A stretch of 64,000 bases of DNA, taken from assembly GCA_963667785.2 (NCBI GenBank), contig CAXXMU010000006.1, forward strand, positions 96,001-160,000, written 5' to 3'. Positions 33,275 to 43,561 of the stretch are shown in pieces. Numbering within the stretch: the stretch's first letter is position 1; every line of letters begins with the position of its first letter. The stretch comes from Alphaproteobacteria bacterium. Its GTDB lineage: Bacteria > Pseudomonadota > Alphaproteobacteria > UBA828. The position numbers and the translations under genes are program-made. A model generated the notes under the pieces. It worked only from the letters and a program-made list of their open reading frames with translations, was not told the origin of the DNA and made no database searches.

Positions 33275-34138
33275 ATGATCGGGCGCCGGGCGGATCTCTA
33301 CCGGGTGCTCAAGTACGCCGCGCTCATCGCCTGGTCGATCTTCGTGGTGGCGCCCTTCCTCTGGGCGCTGTCGACCTCGTTCAAGAGCGACCCCGGCGTG
33401 GTCGGCGGCGCGACCTACATCCCGTTCCTGGAATACGAGCCCACGGTCGAGGGCTGGACCGCGCTCTTCCGCGACACCAGCTCGGGCGGGATCAGCATGC
33501 AGGGGCCCTACCTCTCGAGCCTGGTGGTGAGCCTGATCTCGACCTCGATCGCGCTCTTCCTCGGCACGCTCGCGGCCTACGGGCTCTCGCGCTTCACCTT
33601 CCGCGCAGGCCCCTTGGGCAACAACGACATCACCTTCTTCTTCATCTCCCAGCGCATCATGCCGCCGGCGGTACTCGCCATCCCCTACTTCCTGCTGCTC
33701 CGCTTCACCGGCCTGCTCGATACCCATCTCGGGCTGATCCTGGTCTATGTGGCGATGCTGCTCCCCATCGTGGTCTGGGTCATGGTGGATTTCTTCAACA
33801 CCGTGCCCATCGAGCTGGACGAGGCGGCGCTGATCGACGGCTGCAACCCGATCCAGGCGTTCTACCGGATCATTCTGCCCAACTGCGCGCCCGGCATGGT
33901 GGTGGCGACGCTGCTCTGCATCATCTTCTCGTGGAGCGACTTCTTCTTCGCGCTGACGCTGACCTTCGCCAAGGTGCAGTTGCTGCCGCCCACCATCGTG
34001 ATCCTCAATTCCAACAAGGTCCCCTGGTGGAGCCTGAGCGCGTCCGCGCTGGTCTCGGTCCTGCCGCTGGTCATCATCGCCTTCGTGCTGGAGCGCTATC
34101 TCGCGCGCGGCACGCTCGCCGGCGTGATCCGGGAGTAG
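33275..34138 (+). CDS. Sugar ABC permease
   Basis: ELDEAALIDG, AAYGLSR. Confidence 0.92.
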   Translation: MIGRRADLYRVLKYAALIAWSIFVVAPFLWALSTSFKSDPGVVGGATYIPFLEYEPTVEGWTALFRDTSSGGISMQGPYLSSLVVSLISTSIALFLGTLAAYGLSRFTFRAGPLGNNDITFFFISQRIMPPAVLAIPYFLLLRFTGLLDTHLGLILVYVAMLLPIVVWVMVDFFNTVPIELDEAALIDGCNPIQAFYRIILPNCAPGMVVATLLCIIFSWSDFFFALTLTFAKVQLLPPTIVILNSNKVPWWSLSASALVSVLPLVIIAFVLERYLARGTLAGVIRE

Positions 34139-34142
34139 GCCG

Positions 34143-35195
<1,053 letters not shown>

Positions 35196-35204
<9 letters not shown>

Positions 35205-35225
35205 ACCGAACCGAACCGATTCGAC
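35196..35225 (+). repeat. Degenerate pentanucleotide tandem repeat
   Basis: CTGAA CTGAA CCGAA CCGAA CCGAT TCGAC spanning the ATPase stop codon. Confidence 0.6.
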
Positions 35226-35240
35226 CACCGGAGGAAACCC

Positions 35241-36284
35241 ATGAAGGCAGCCACGCTCCACGGCTACGACGAAGCTCTCACCGCACCCGAATTCGTGACC
35301 TACGAGGACGTGGACGACCCGGCGATCGGGCGGCCCACGGACGTGATCGTCCGCATCGGCGGCGCCGGCGTCTGTCGCACCGACCTGCACATCGTCGAGG
35401 GCGTGTGGAAGGGTTTCGTGGACCTCGCCTTCCCCCACATCATGGGGCACGAGAACGCGGGCTGGGTGGAGGAGGTCGGCAGCGGCGTCGAAAGCGTCAA
35501 GGTCGGCGATCCGGTGATCTGCCATCCGCTGGTGACCAGCGGCCACTGTCTCGCCTGCCGGCGCGGCAACGACATGCACGCGGCCGAGAGCAGCTTCCCC
35601 GGCATCAACGCGAACGGCGGCTACGCCGACTACCTGCTGACCGGCGAGCGCACGCTGATCAAGCTGCCCGAGAGCCTCGCGCCCAAGGACGTGGCGCCCT
35701 ACACGGACGCGGGCCTCACCGCCTACCGCGTCGCCAAGAAGGCGGCTTCCCACCTGGTGCCGGGCGAGTACGCCGTGATCATCGGCGCCGGCGGCCTCGG
35801 CCATATCGGCATCCAGTCGCTGGCGGCGCTGTCGGCGGCCGAGATCGTCGTGGTGGACGGCTCCGACCTCGCGCTCGGCCTCGCGAAGGAGTGCGGCGCC
35901 CACCACGTCGTCAAGGCGGGGGACGGCGCGGTCGACGAGGTGATGTCGCTGACGGGCGGAAACGGCGCCGAGGCGGTGATCGACTTCGTCGGCGAGGGCG
36001 ACGCCATCGACAAGGGCCTCGCGATGACGCGCAACGGCGGCTTCTATTACATCGTCGGCTATGGCGGGCGCATCCAGATCCCGGCGATCGACATGATCGT
36101 CTCCGAGAAGACCATCGTCGGCAATCTGGTGGGCACCTATGCCGAGCTGGTCGAGCTCATGGCGCTGGCCGATCGCGGGCTGGTGACGCTCGCCACCCGC
36201 GAGTACGCGCTCGCCGACGCCAACCGGGCGCTCCACGACCTGCACGCGGGCACGGTCAAGGGCCGCGCGGTGCTGATCCCCTGA
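35241..36284 (+). CDS. Zn-dependent (MDR) alcohol dehydrogenase
   Basis: GVCRTDLH, GHE, GAGGLG, GRAVL. Confidence 0.93.
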   Translation: MKAATLHGYDEALTAPEFVTYEDVDDPAIGRPTDVIVRIGGAGVCRTDLHIVEGVWKGFVDLAFPHIMGHENAGWVEEVGSGVESVKVGDPVICHPLVTSGHCLACRRGNDMHAAESSFPGINANGGYADYLLTGERTLIKLPESLAPKDVAPYTDAGLTAYRVAKKAASHLVPGEYAVIIGAGGLGHIGIQSLAALSAAEIVVVDGSDLALGLAKECGAHHVVKAGDGAVDEVMSLTGGNGAEAVIDFVGEGDAIDKGLAMTRNGGFYYIVGYGGRIQIPAIDMIVSEKTIVGNLVGTYAELVELMALADRGLVTLATREYALADANRALHDLHAGTVKGRAVLIP

Positions 36285-36312
36285 CGGGGCGGCGGCCGGG
36301 CGCGACGCGCGC

Positions 36313-37938
36313 ATGGGAGAGACCCTCGCCCAGGGCCTCGCGGCCGCCTGCCGGGCGCGGGGCGTGCGCCGTGCCTTCGGCGTGCCAGGCGGGGCCAGCA
36401 GCCTCGACGTCATCGACGCGCTTGCCGGCGAGGGCATCGACTTCGTGCTCACCCACGGCGAGACCTCGGCTGCGCTGATGGCGGCGGTCACCGCCGAGCT
36501 CGGCGGCGCGCCCGGCGTCGTGATCACCGGCGTGGGCCCCGGCGCCGCCAGCGCCGTCAACGGCATCGCCTACGCCGCGCTGGAGCGCGCGCCGGTGCTG
36601 CTGGTCAGCGATGCCCTGGCAGCGCCGGCCCCGGGCCACCACGCGCTGCACCAGCGCTTCGATCAGCGCGCCCTCTTCGCGCCGCTGGTCAAGGCCTACG
36701 CGAATCCGGCGCCCGGCGACGGGCTGGCGGGAGTCGAAGCCCTGCTCGACGCGGCGAGCGCCCGTCCGGCGGGCCCGGTGCAACTCGACCTCACGAGCGC
36801 CGCGGCCACCGCCCCCGCCCCGCTCGCTCGCGGCCGGTCGAAACGCGCAAAGACGGTCGACGCGGCGTTCGACCTCGTGGCCCTGGCGGAGGCGCGGGCG
36901 CTGCTCGCAGGCGCGGCGCGGCCGCTCATCGTCGCCGGCCTGGAGGCCCGTGCCGGCGCGGCGAGCGCGGCGCTCAGGTCCCTCGCGCAGGCGCTCGGCT
37001 GCCCGGTGATGACCACCTACAAGGCCAAGGGCGCGATCGCCGACGCCGATCCGCTCGCCGTCGGCTGCTTCACCGGGGCATCGTCCGATTCGCGCTGCCT
37101 CGAGAAGGCCGACCTGCTGATCCTCTTCGGCCTCGACCCCATCGAGCTGCTGCCGGGGCCGTGGCGCTTCGAGGGACCGATCCTCGCGCTCGCGGCCCCC
37201 CTCGCGCCCCATGACGGCCACGCCTATCCGACAACCCCGGCGGCGGTGCTGACGGGCGACCTCGACCGCGCCGCGGCGGCGCTCGTCGAGGAGGCGGAGC
37301 CGGCCGGCTGGTCGGAACTGGAGATCGCCGCGCTCCGCAGCCGGCTACGCGCCGGCCTCGCCATGACCGGCGGGAGCGGCCGCACGGCCGAGGACGTGGT
37401 GACCGCCGTGCGTAGCGCGGCGCCGGCAGGGGCGCGGATCACGGTCGATTCCGGCGCGCACATGTTCGCGGCGATGGGCCTCTGGCAGGCCGACGAGCCC
37501 AATGACGTGCTCAAGTCGAACGGCCTCTCCACCATGGGCTTCGCCCTGCCGGCGGCGATCGCCGCGGCGCTGGAGGAGCCGGAGCGCCCGGTAATCACCA
37601 TGACCGGCGACGGCGGCCTGCACATGTGCCTCGCCGAACTCGCGACGGCGGCCCGCCTCGGCTGCCGCATCGTGGTGGTGGTCTTCAACGATTCCAGGCT
37701 GTCGCTCATCGACATCAAGCAGCAGCGGCAGCAGCGCGAGAGCCGAGGCGTGCGCTTCGAGGCGATGGACCATGCCGCGGTCGCACGCGGCCTGGGCTGC
37801 CGGGGGTGGCGCGTGGACGCGAGCGCGCCGCTGGCGCCGGCGCTCGCGCACGCCTTCGCGGGCGAGGGGCCGGCGCTGGTCGACGCGACCGTCGATCCCG
37901 ACGCCTACACCGCCCAGTACGAGGCGCTGCGCGGCTGA
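36313..37938 (+). CDS. Thiamine diphosphate-dependent enzyme (acetolactate synthase-like)
   Basis: FGVPG, HGE, GPG, MGFALPAA, GDGG...ND. Confidence 0.9.
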   Translation: MGETLAQGLAAACRARGVRRAFGVPGGASSLDVIDALAGEGIDFVLTHGETSAALMAAVTAELGGAPGVVITGVGPGAASAVNGIAYAALERAPVLLVSDALAAPAPGHHALHQRFDQRALFAPLVKAYANPAPGDGLAGVEALLDAASARPAGPVQLDLTSAAATAPAPLARGRSKRAKTVDAAFDLVALAEARALLAGAARPLIVAGLEARAGAASAALRSLAQALGCPVMTTYKAKGAIADADPLAVGCFTGASSDSRCLEKADLLILFGLDPIELLPGPWRFEGPILALAAPLAPHDGHAYPTTPAAVLTGDLDRAAAALVEEAEPAGWSELEIAALRSRLRAGLAMTGGSGRTAEDVVTAVRSAAPAGARITVDSGAHMFAAMGLWQADEPNDVLKSNGLSTMGFALPAAIAAALEEPERPVITMTGDGGLHMCLAELATAARLGCRIVVVVFNDSRLSLIDIKQQRQQRESRGVRFEAMDHAAVARGLGCRGWRVDASAPLAPALAHAFAGEGPALVDATVDPDAYTAQYEALRG

Positions 37939-37958
37939 GCCGACGGGAGGAACGCCCC

Positions 37959-38387
37959 ATGCCGGAGGAAGCCATGTCGGACGAAGACGCGGTGCTCGCC
38001 GCCAACCAGGCGTTCTACAGCGCCTTCGCCGCCCGCGACATCGCGGCGATGGATGCGCTCTGGGCGGCCGAGACGCCTGTGGCCTGCATCCACCCGGGCT
38101 GGGACGTGCTGGTCGGCCGCGAGGCGGTGATGGAGAGCTGGGCCGCGATCCTCGGCGGCCCGGCGGCGCCGCGGATCCGCTGCGAGGCGCCGCGCGCGTT
38201 CCTGCTCGGCCCCAGCGCCTTCGTGATCTGTCGCGAAATGCTGGAGCAGCAGGGCTGGCTGATCGCCACCAACGTCTTCGCGCGCGAGGCGGACGGCTGG
38301 CGCATGGTCCACCACCAGGCGGGTCCCACCGCCCAGCCCCAGCCCGCGCCACCCACGAGCGACCGCCCGCCGGGGCCGCTGCACTGA
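37959..38387 (+). CDS. SnoaL/NTF2-like protein
   Basis: ANQAFYSAF..RD..AM, CIHPGW, ATNVF, WRMVHH. Confidence 0.88.
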   Translation: MPEEAMSDEDAVLAANQAFYSAFAARDIAAMDALWAAETPVACIHPGWDVLVGREAVMESWAAILGGPAAPRIRCEAPRAFLLGPSAFVICREMLEQQGWLIATNVFAREADGWRMVHHQAGPTAQPQPAPPTSDRPPGPLH

Positions 38388-38435
38388 GGGAAACGCGGCG
38401 TTCTGGCGGGCGCCGCTCTGGTGTATCGTGGCGCC

Positions 38436-39764
38436 ATGACGCGGAACATGGCGAGCCCGAGCTTTCCCGCCATCGCGCTGCCGCAGTTCGAGAACGAGCC
38501 GCTGCCGCCGGTGATGCCGGTGGCGCTCGAACACCCGGCGACGCCGGCCCTCGACGACGTGGCCGCCGCCACCTGCGCCGCTCTCGACGCCTCGCGACGG
38601 CTCACGGCGCTCGCGGCGGGTTCCCGCGTGGCGATCACCTGCGGCAGCCGGGGCATCAAGAGCAAGCCGGCGGTGGTGAAGGCGGCGGTCGCCTGGCTCA
38701 AGGCGCGCGGGCTCGTGCCCTTCATCGTGCCCGCGATGGGCAGTCACGCCGGCGCCGTCGCCGCCGGTCAGGTGACGCTGCTGGCCGAGCTCGGCTACAC
38801 GGAAGAGGCCATGGGCTGCCCCATCGAGGCCAGCATGGAGGTGGTGCGGCTCGGCATGACGGGCGCGGGCGTGCCGGTCCATTTCGACCGCCGCGCCTTC
38901 GAGGCCGACGCCGTGCTGGTGGTGGGCCGGGTCAAGTCGCACACCTCCTTCGACCGCGAGGTGGAGAGCGGGCTCACCAAGATGGTCGCCATCGGCCTCG
39001 GCAAGGCGGAAGGTGCCCGCTTCGTGCATCGCCTCGGCGTGCGCGGCTACATGGAGGTGCTGCCCGAGTGGGCGGGCATCGCCATCCGCGAGGCCCCGGT
39101 CGCCTACGGCATCGCCATCGTGGAGAACGCGGAGCGGGAGGCGGCGGTGATCGAGGGCGCCGAGCCCGAGGCGTTCTACGAGACCGACGCCCGCCTGCTG
39201 AAGACGGCCAAGGGCTGCGTCCCCAAGCTCCCCTTCGAGCAGATCGACGTGCTGGCGGTGGAGCGCCTCGGCAAGAACATCTCCGGCACCGGCATGGATC
39301 CGGCCGTCATCGCGCGCTACGACATCCGCGGGCGCCCCAACCCGCCGGCGCCGGTGATCAGCAAGCTAGTGGTGCTGGGGCTGACGCCGGAGACCCACGG
39401 CAACGGCCTCGGCGTCGGCTCCGCCGACTACACGACCAAGGAGGTCGCCGACGGCCTCGACCTCTACGCCATGTACATGAACGCCTGCACCGCGACCTTC
39501 ACCGAGCGGGTGCGCATCCCCGCCGTGCTGGCCTCCGACAAGGCGGCGCTGCAGGCCGCCGTCGGCACGAGCTGGCGGCTGGACGGCGCGGACGCGCGGC
39601 TCTGCCTGATCCGCTCGACCCTGCATCTCGACACCATCCTGGTCTCGCCGCCGCTCGCCGCCGAGTTCGACAACGGTCTCCGGGGCGCCGGCCGGGTGCT
39701 GGGGGAGGCCGAGGCGCTCCGCTTCGACGGAGACGGCCGGCTGCTCACCCGCTGCCCGGCCTGA
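38436..39764 (+). CDS. Lactate racemase N-domain (LarA-like, DUF2088/DUF362-type) protein
   Basis: GSRGI, VPAMGSH, RVKSHT, ESGL.KM..IGLGK, GKNISGTGMD. Confidence 0.75.
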   Translation: MTRNMASPSFPAIALPQFENEPLPPVMPVALEHPATPALDDVAAATCAALDASRRLTALAAGSRVAITCGSRGIKSKPAVVKAAVAWLKARGLVPFIVPAMGSHAGAVAAGQVTLLAELGYTEEAMGCPIEASMEVVRLGMTGAGVPVHFDRRAFEADAVLVVGRVKSHTSFDREVESGLTKMVAIGLGKAEGARFVHRLGVRGYMEVLPEWAGIAIREAPVAYGIAIVENAEREAAVIEGAEPEAFYETDARLLKTAKGCVPKLPFEQIDVLAVERLGKNISGTGMDPAVIARYDIRGRPNPPAPVISKLVVLGLTPETHGNGLGVGSADYTTKEVADGLDLYAMYMNACTATFTERVRIPAVLASDKAALQAAVGTSWRLDGADARLCLIRSTLHLDTILVSPPLAAEFDNGLRGAGRVLGEAEALRFDGDGRLLTRCPA

Positions 39765-39841
39765 GCGCGCCGGCGCCGGCGGACGCGAGCGCGCGCGGCC
39801 GCTATACTCGCGGGATCGGACGAGAAGGGAGACGTCGGCTC

Positions 39842-41110
39842 ATGCAGAAACGGGGGATCGCGCTCGACGAGACCACCCTCGAGGCGATCAGGAAGACTCG
39901 CCGGGAGCTCGGCTCCGCCCGGCATCTGCCGGGCTTCCTCTACACCGCGCCGGAGATCTTCGCCTACGAGGTGGAGACCATCTTCATGAAGGAGTGGCTC
40001 TGCGTCGGCCGGGTGGAGGAGTTCGAGAACGAGGGCGACTACCGCGCCCTGCGGATCGCCGGCGAGCCCCTGCTCGTCTGCCGCGACGGCGCGGGCGGGC
40101 TCAACGCCTTCAGCAACGTCTGCCAGCATCGCGGCGTCGAGGTCGCGACCGGCGAAGGCAATCTCAAGAGCTTCCGCTGCCCCTACCACTCCTGGGTCTA
40201 CGACCTGGAGGGCAAGCTGCTCGGCGCGCCGCACACCAAGGAGGTGGAGGGCTTCGACTTCTCCTCCTGCGCGCTGCCGCGGGTCAATCTCGACACCTGG
40301 GGCGGCTACATCTTCGTCAACTTCGACCCCGACTGCCCGAGCCTCGAGGACTATCTAGACGAGGACGGGATCAGGGAGTTCGCCGCCTTCCTGCAGCCGG
40401 AAAACACGCGGACCTCGGACACGTACGTCTTCGACGTGCCGTGCAACTGGAAGTTCATCCCCGAGAACCTCATGGACATGTACCACGTCGGCGTGATCCA
40501 CAAGGAATCCTTCGGCGGGCACTTCCCGGTCAACGACTTCCGCTTTAACCTGAAGAAGAACGGCTACAACGCCGCCTACGAGAGCTTCACCATGGCGCCG
40601 AAGGGGGTCACCCTCTTCGACACCATGCCCTGGCTCAAGGGCAAGGTGACGGACAAGTTCGCCTGCACCACCTGGATCCGGCCGACCATGAACATCTTCG
40701 GCCGCCACGACCTGATCCAGCCCTGGGTGGCGCTGCCCATCGACCACGCCACCACCCGGATCACCATCTACACGCAACTGCCCAATTCCTACTTCGACGC
40801 GCCCGCCTTCGAGGAGAAGAACAAGATCTACGCCGACTTCATCCGGCTGGTCGCGAACGAGGACCGGGCGATGCTGGAATCGCTGCAGAACGGGGTCGGC
40901 TCGCGCGCCTTCCGGCCGGGGCCGACGGTCAAGCTGGAGCGGGCGATCCATCACCTCCTCAACTACTATCTCGACCAGCTCTTGAGCGACGACGACGAGG
41001 CGCGCGCCAGGCGCCGCCGGGACGGCGAGGAGGCGCTGCTCGAAAGCGCCTCGCGCAGCAGCGAGCCGCGCGACGGCGGCTACTCGGCGATGGTGAGCGC
41101 GGCCGAATAG
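39842..41110 (+). CDS. Rieske non-heme iron oxygenase alpha subunit
   Basis: CQHRG...CPYH, NWK..ENLMDMYH...H, NED..LESLQ. Confidence 0.92.
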   Translation: MQKRGIALDETTLEAIRKTRRELGSARHLPGFLYTAPEIFAYEVETIFMKEWLCVGRVEEFENEGDYRALRIAGEPLLVCRDGAGGLNAFSNVCQHRGVEVATGEGNLKSFRCPYHSWVYDLEGKLLGAPHTKEVEGFDFSSCALPRVNLDTWGGYIFVNFDPDCPSLEDYLDEDGIREFAAFLQPENTRTSDTYVFDVPCNWKFIPENLMDMYHVGVIHKESFGGHFPVNDFRFNLKKNGYNAAYESFTMAPKGVTLFDTMPWLKGKVTDKFACTTWIRPTMNIFGRHDLIQPWVALPIDHATTRITIYTQLPNSYFDAPAFEEKNKIYADFIRLVANEDRAMLESLQNGVGSRAFRPGPTVKLERAIHHLLNYYLDQLLSDDDEARARRRRDGEEALLESASRSSEPRDGGYSAMVSAAE

Positions 41111-41121
41111 GAGCCTGAACC

Positions 41122-42162
41122 ATGGGCACAGGACAGGATCAGTCACGACTGACGGATTTGTTCAGACGAAACCTCGAGCTCTGCGAGGTGGGGCCGGGCC
41201 AGACGGTCGCCATCCTCTCGGAAGGCGACCAGCTCCGCGACTACGCGGAGGCCTCGCTGGCGGCGGCCCGCGACCTCGGCGCGGACGTGGCCGACGTCCA
41301 CATCCCGTCGGACGGCGCGGAGGACGCGGCGACCAGGATCGCCAACATCGGGCAGAACGCGCTCGGCACCCATCCGCAGGCCATGCAGACCTGCAAGGAC
41401 GCGGACATGGTCGTCGACCACATGCTCCTGCTCTTCTCGCACGAGCAGATCGCCATGCAGGAGGCCGGCACCCGCATCCTGCTCATCGTCGAGCCGGTGG
41501 AGATCCTGGAGCGGCTCTTCCCCTCGGCCGAGATGCGCGCCCGGGTCGAGGCCGGCGAGCGGCGGCTTGTCGCGGCCGAGCGGCTCCGCTTCACCAACGC
41601 GGCCGGCACCGACGTCACCTACGCGCTGGGCGACAAGCCGATCCTGACGGAATACGGCTACACCACGGAGCCCGGCCGCTGGGACCACTGGCCGGGCGGC
41701 TTCCTGGCCACGCTCGCGGACGAGGGCGGCGTGAACGGCCGTGTGGTGATGGAGGCGGACGACATCGTCTTCCCGCTGCGCGAGTTCACCGGCGAGCGCA
41801 TCGCCTTCGAGATCGAGGGCGGCAGGGTGACGGAGATCGGCGGCGGCGGCCGCGCCCGGCACCTGCGCGACTTCATCGAAACTTATGGCGATCCGCGCGC
41901 CTATGCGGTTTCGCATATAGGCTGGGGGCTGAACCATCAGTGCATCTGGCGGCCCGACCTGCCGGGGATCGGCATGGACGGCCGCGCGCACTACGGCAAC
42001 GTCCTGTTCTCGCTCGGGCCCGACACCGAGTTCGGCGGCGAGAACGACACCCCCTGCCACCTCGACCTGCCGATGCAGGGCTGCTCGCTCTGGCTCGACG
42101 ACGAGCTCATCGTGGAGGACGGCGCGGTGGTGCCCGACGACATGCGGGCGCCGGCCCACTGA
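41122..42162 (+). CDS. NicX-like 2,5-dihydroxypyridine dioxygenase / M29-fold protein
   Basis: EPVEILERL, YG..PGRWDHWP.G, SHIGWGLN, GMDGR, CHLD. Confidence 0.8.
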   Translation: MGTGQDQSRLTDLFRRNLELCEVGPGQTVAILSEGDQLRDYAEASLAAARDLGADVADVHIPSDGAEDAATRIANIGQNALGTHPQAMQTCKDADMVVDHMLLLFSHEQIAMQEAGTRILLIVEPVEILERLFPSAEMRARVEAGERRLVAAERLRFTNAAGTDVTYALGDKPILTEYGYTTEPGRWDHWPGGFLATLADEGGVNGRVVMEADDIVFPLREFTGERIAFEIEGGRVTEIGGGGRARHLRDFIETYGDPRAYAVSHIGWGLNHQCIWRPDLPGIGMDGRAHYGNVLFSLGPDTEFGGENDTPCHLDLPMQGCSLWLDDELIVEDGAVVPDDMRAPAH

Positions 42163-42183
42163 ACCCGCCCGCACTCGATATCG

Positions 42184-42236
42184 GCCACGATTGCCACGAT
42201 TGCCAATTTGCGATGGCGCGTACCGAACCGTAATAT
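42184..42236 (+). promoter_or_regulatory. sigma70-like promoter preceded by three 9-bp direct repeats
   Basis: GCCACGATT GCCACGATT GCCAATTT, then TTGCGA (42208) - 17 bp - TAATAT (42231). Confidence 0.6.
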
Positions 42237-42326
42237 GCGCATCGCAAGGAGACGTGGTGGTGTGGGCGCCGGCGAGTAACCGGCGCCCGCGCCGGTACGG
42301 GTCCATGACCAGAGGGAGAGACGACC

Positions 42327-43505
42327 ATGTGGAAACTGACATTGGGCGCCGCTGTCGTGGCAGGCATGGCCCTTACCGGCTTTGCCGCGTCCGACGCGCA
42401 CGCAGAGGAAGACGGCGTCTGGTGGCCGGCGCAAGTCGAGATCTACAACCCGTCCTGCACGGACGGCGACCCGGCGTGCTGGACCGATCCCGCCAACCAG
42501 AGTCTCGACATCGTGGACTACGTGCCGCTGATGCCCGATGAGGTGGACGCGAAGCACCACATCTGCGTGTCCTTCCCCCACCTCGTGGATTCCTACTGGG
42601 TCGGCGCGGCCTACGGGATCATCGAGGAAGGCAAGCGCCTCGGCCAGAAGATCTCCCTGATCGAGGCCGGCGGCTACGACAAGCTGGAGAAGCAGCTCGC
42701 CCAGGTCGAGGACTGCATCGCGAACGGCGCGGAGATCCTCGTGCTTTCGGCGATCTCCTCCGAAGGCAACGTCAAGCAGGTCAACGAGCTGCGCGCCAGG
42801 GGCATCCCGGTTGTCGACCTGATCAACGGGATCAACACCGAGGTCGATGCCAAGTCGCTCGAGAGCTACTACAGCATGGGCCGGATCGCCTGTTCCTGGG
42901 TCGCCGAACAGCACCCCGCAGGCAGCGGCAACGTCAAGCTCGCCTGGTTCCCGGGCCCGCCCGGAGCCAGTTGGTCGGTGGCCGGCAACCAGGGCTGCCA
43001 TGACGCGGTCGTCGGCTCCGACGCCGAGATCATCTCGACCAAGTGGGCCCAGACCAGCAAGGAGGCCCAGCTCAGCCTCGTCGAGAACGTGATCCAGGCG
43101 CAGACCATGGGCGACGATGTCGATCTCGACTACATCGTCGGCGTGGCGCCGGCGATCGAGGGCGGCATGGCTGCGCTCCGCGACCTCGGTATCGCGGATC
43201 AGGTCAAGCTCGTCTCCTACTACTACACCCCCGGCATGCATCAGTTCGTCGGCCGCGGCAGCGTCGCCATGGCGCCGACCGACCAGATGATCATCCAGGC
43301 GCGGATCTCCATCGACCAGGCGGTCCGCATCCTCGAGGGCAAGCCGTCTGCCACCGGCGGCCGGCCCGAGTTCAACGACACCGGCCGGATGATCGAGCAT
43401 GTGCAGCCGCTGGCGATCCAGGTGACGCCTGAGAACCACGCGGACTTCGATACCAGCACGACGCTCGCGCCCAAGGGCTGGACGCCCGTGTTCAGCACCG
43501 ACTAG
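42327..43505 (+). CDS. TorT-like periplasmic binding protein
   Basis: Signal peptide; ICVSFPHLVDSYW, EAGGY, WFPGP.GA.W, APTD. Confidence 0.85.
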   Translation: MWKLTLGAAVVAGMALTGFAASDAHAEEDGVWWPAQVEIYNPSCTDGDPACWTDPANQSLDIVDYVPLMPDEVDAKHHICVSFPHLVDSYWVGAAYGIIEEGKRLGQKISLIEAGGYDKLEKQLAQVEDCIANGAEILVLSAISSEGNVKQVNELRARGIPVVDLINGINTEVDAKSLESYYSMGRIACSWVAEQHPAGSGNVKLAWFPGPPGASWSVAGNQGCHDAVVGSDAEIISTKWAQTSKEAQLSLVENVIQAQTMGDDVDLDYIVGVAPAIEGGMAALRDLGIADQVKLVSYYYTPGMHQFVGRGSVAMAPTDQMIIQARISIDQAVRILEGKPSATGGRPEFNDTGRMIEHVQPLAIQVTPENHADFDTSTTLAPKGWTPVFSTD

Positions 43506-43561
43506 GCGTGATCCGATCGCAACGAGCACGACAAGAACGAGACTGATGGAGGCCCGTACCG

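Noticed and set aside
37772-41110. Apparent 1112-aa Rieske fusion, and similar upstream extensions (21329, 45185, 28696-30762, 61007-62404)
   Set aside because: The N-terminal parts are off-frame reads of real upstream genes; plausible starts lie at 39842, 22346, 46184, 29676 and 61297.
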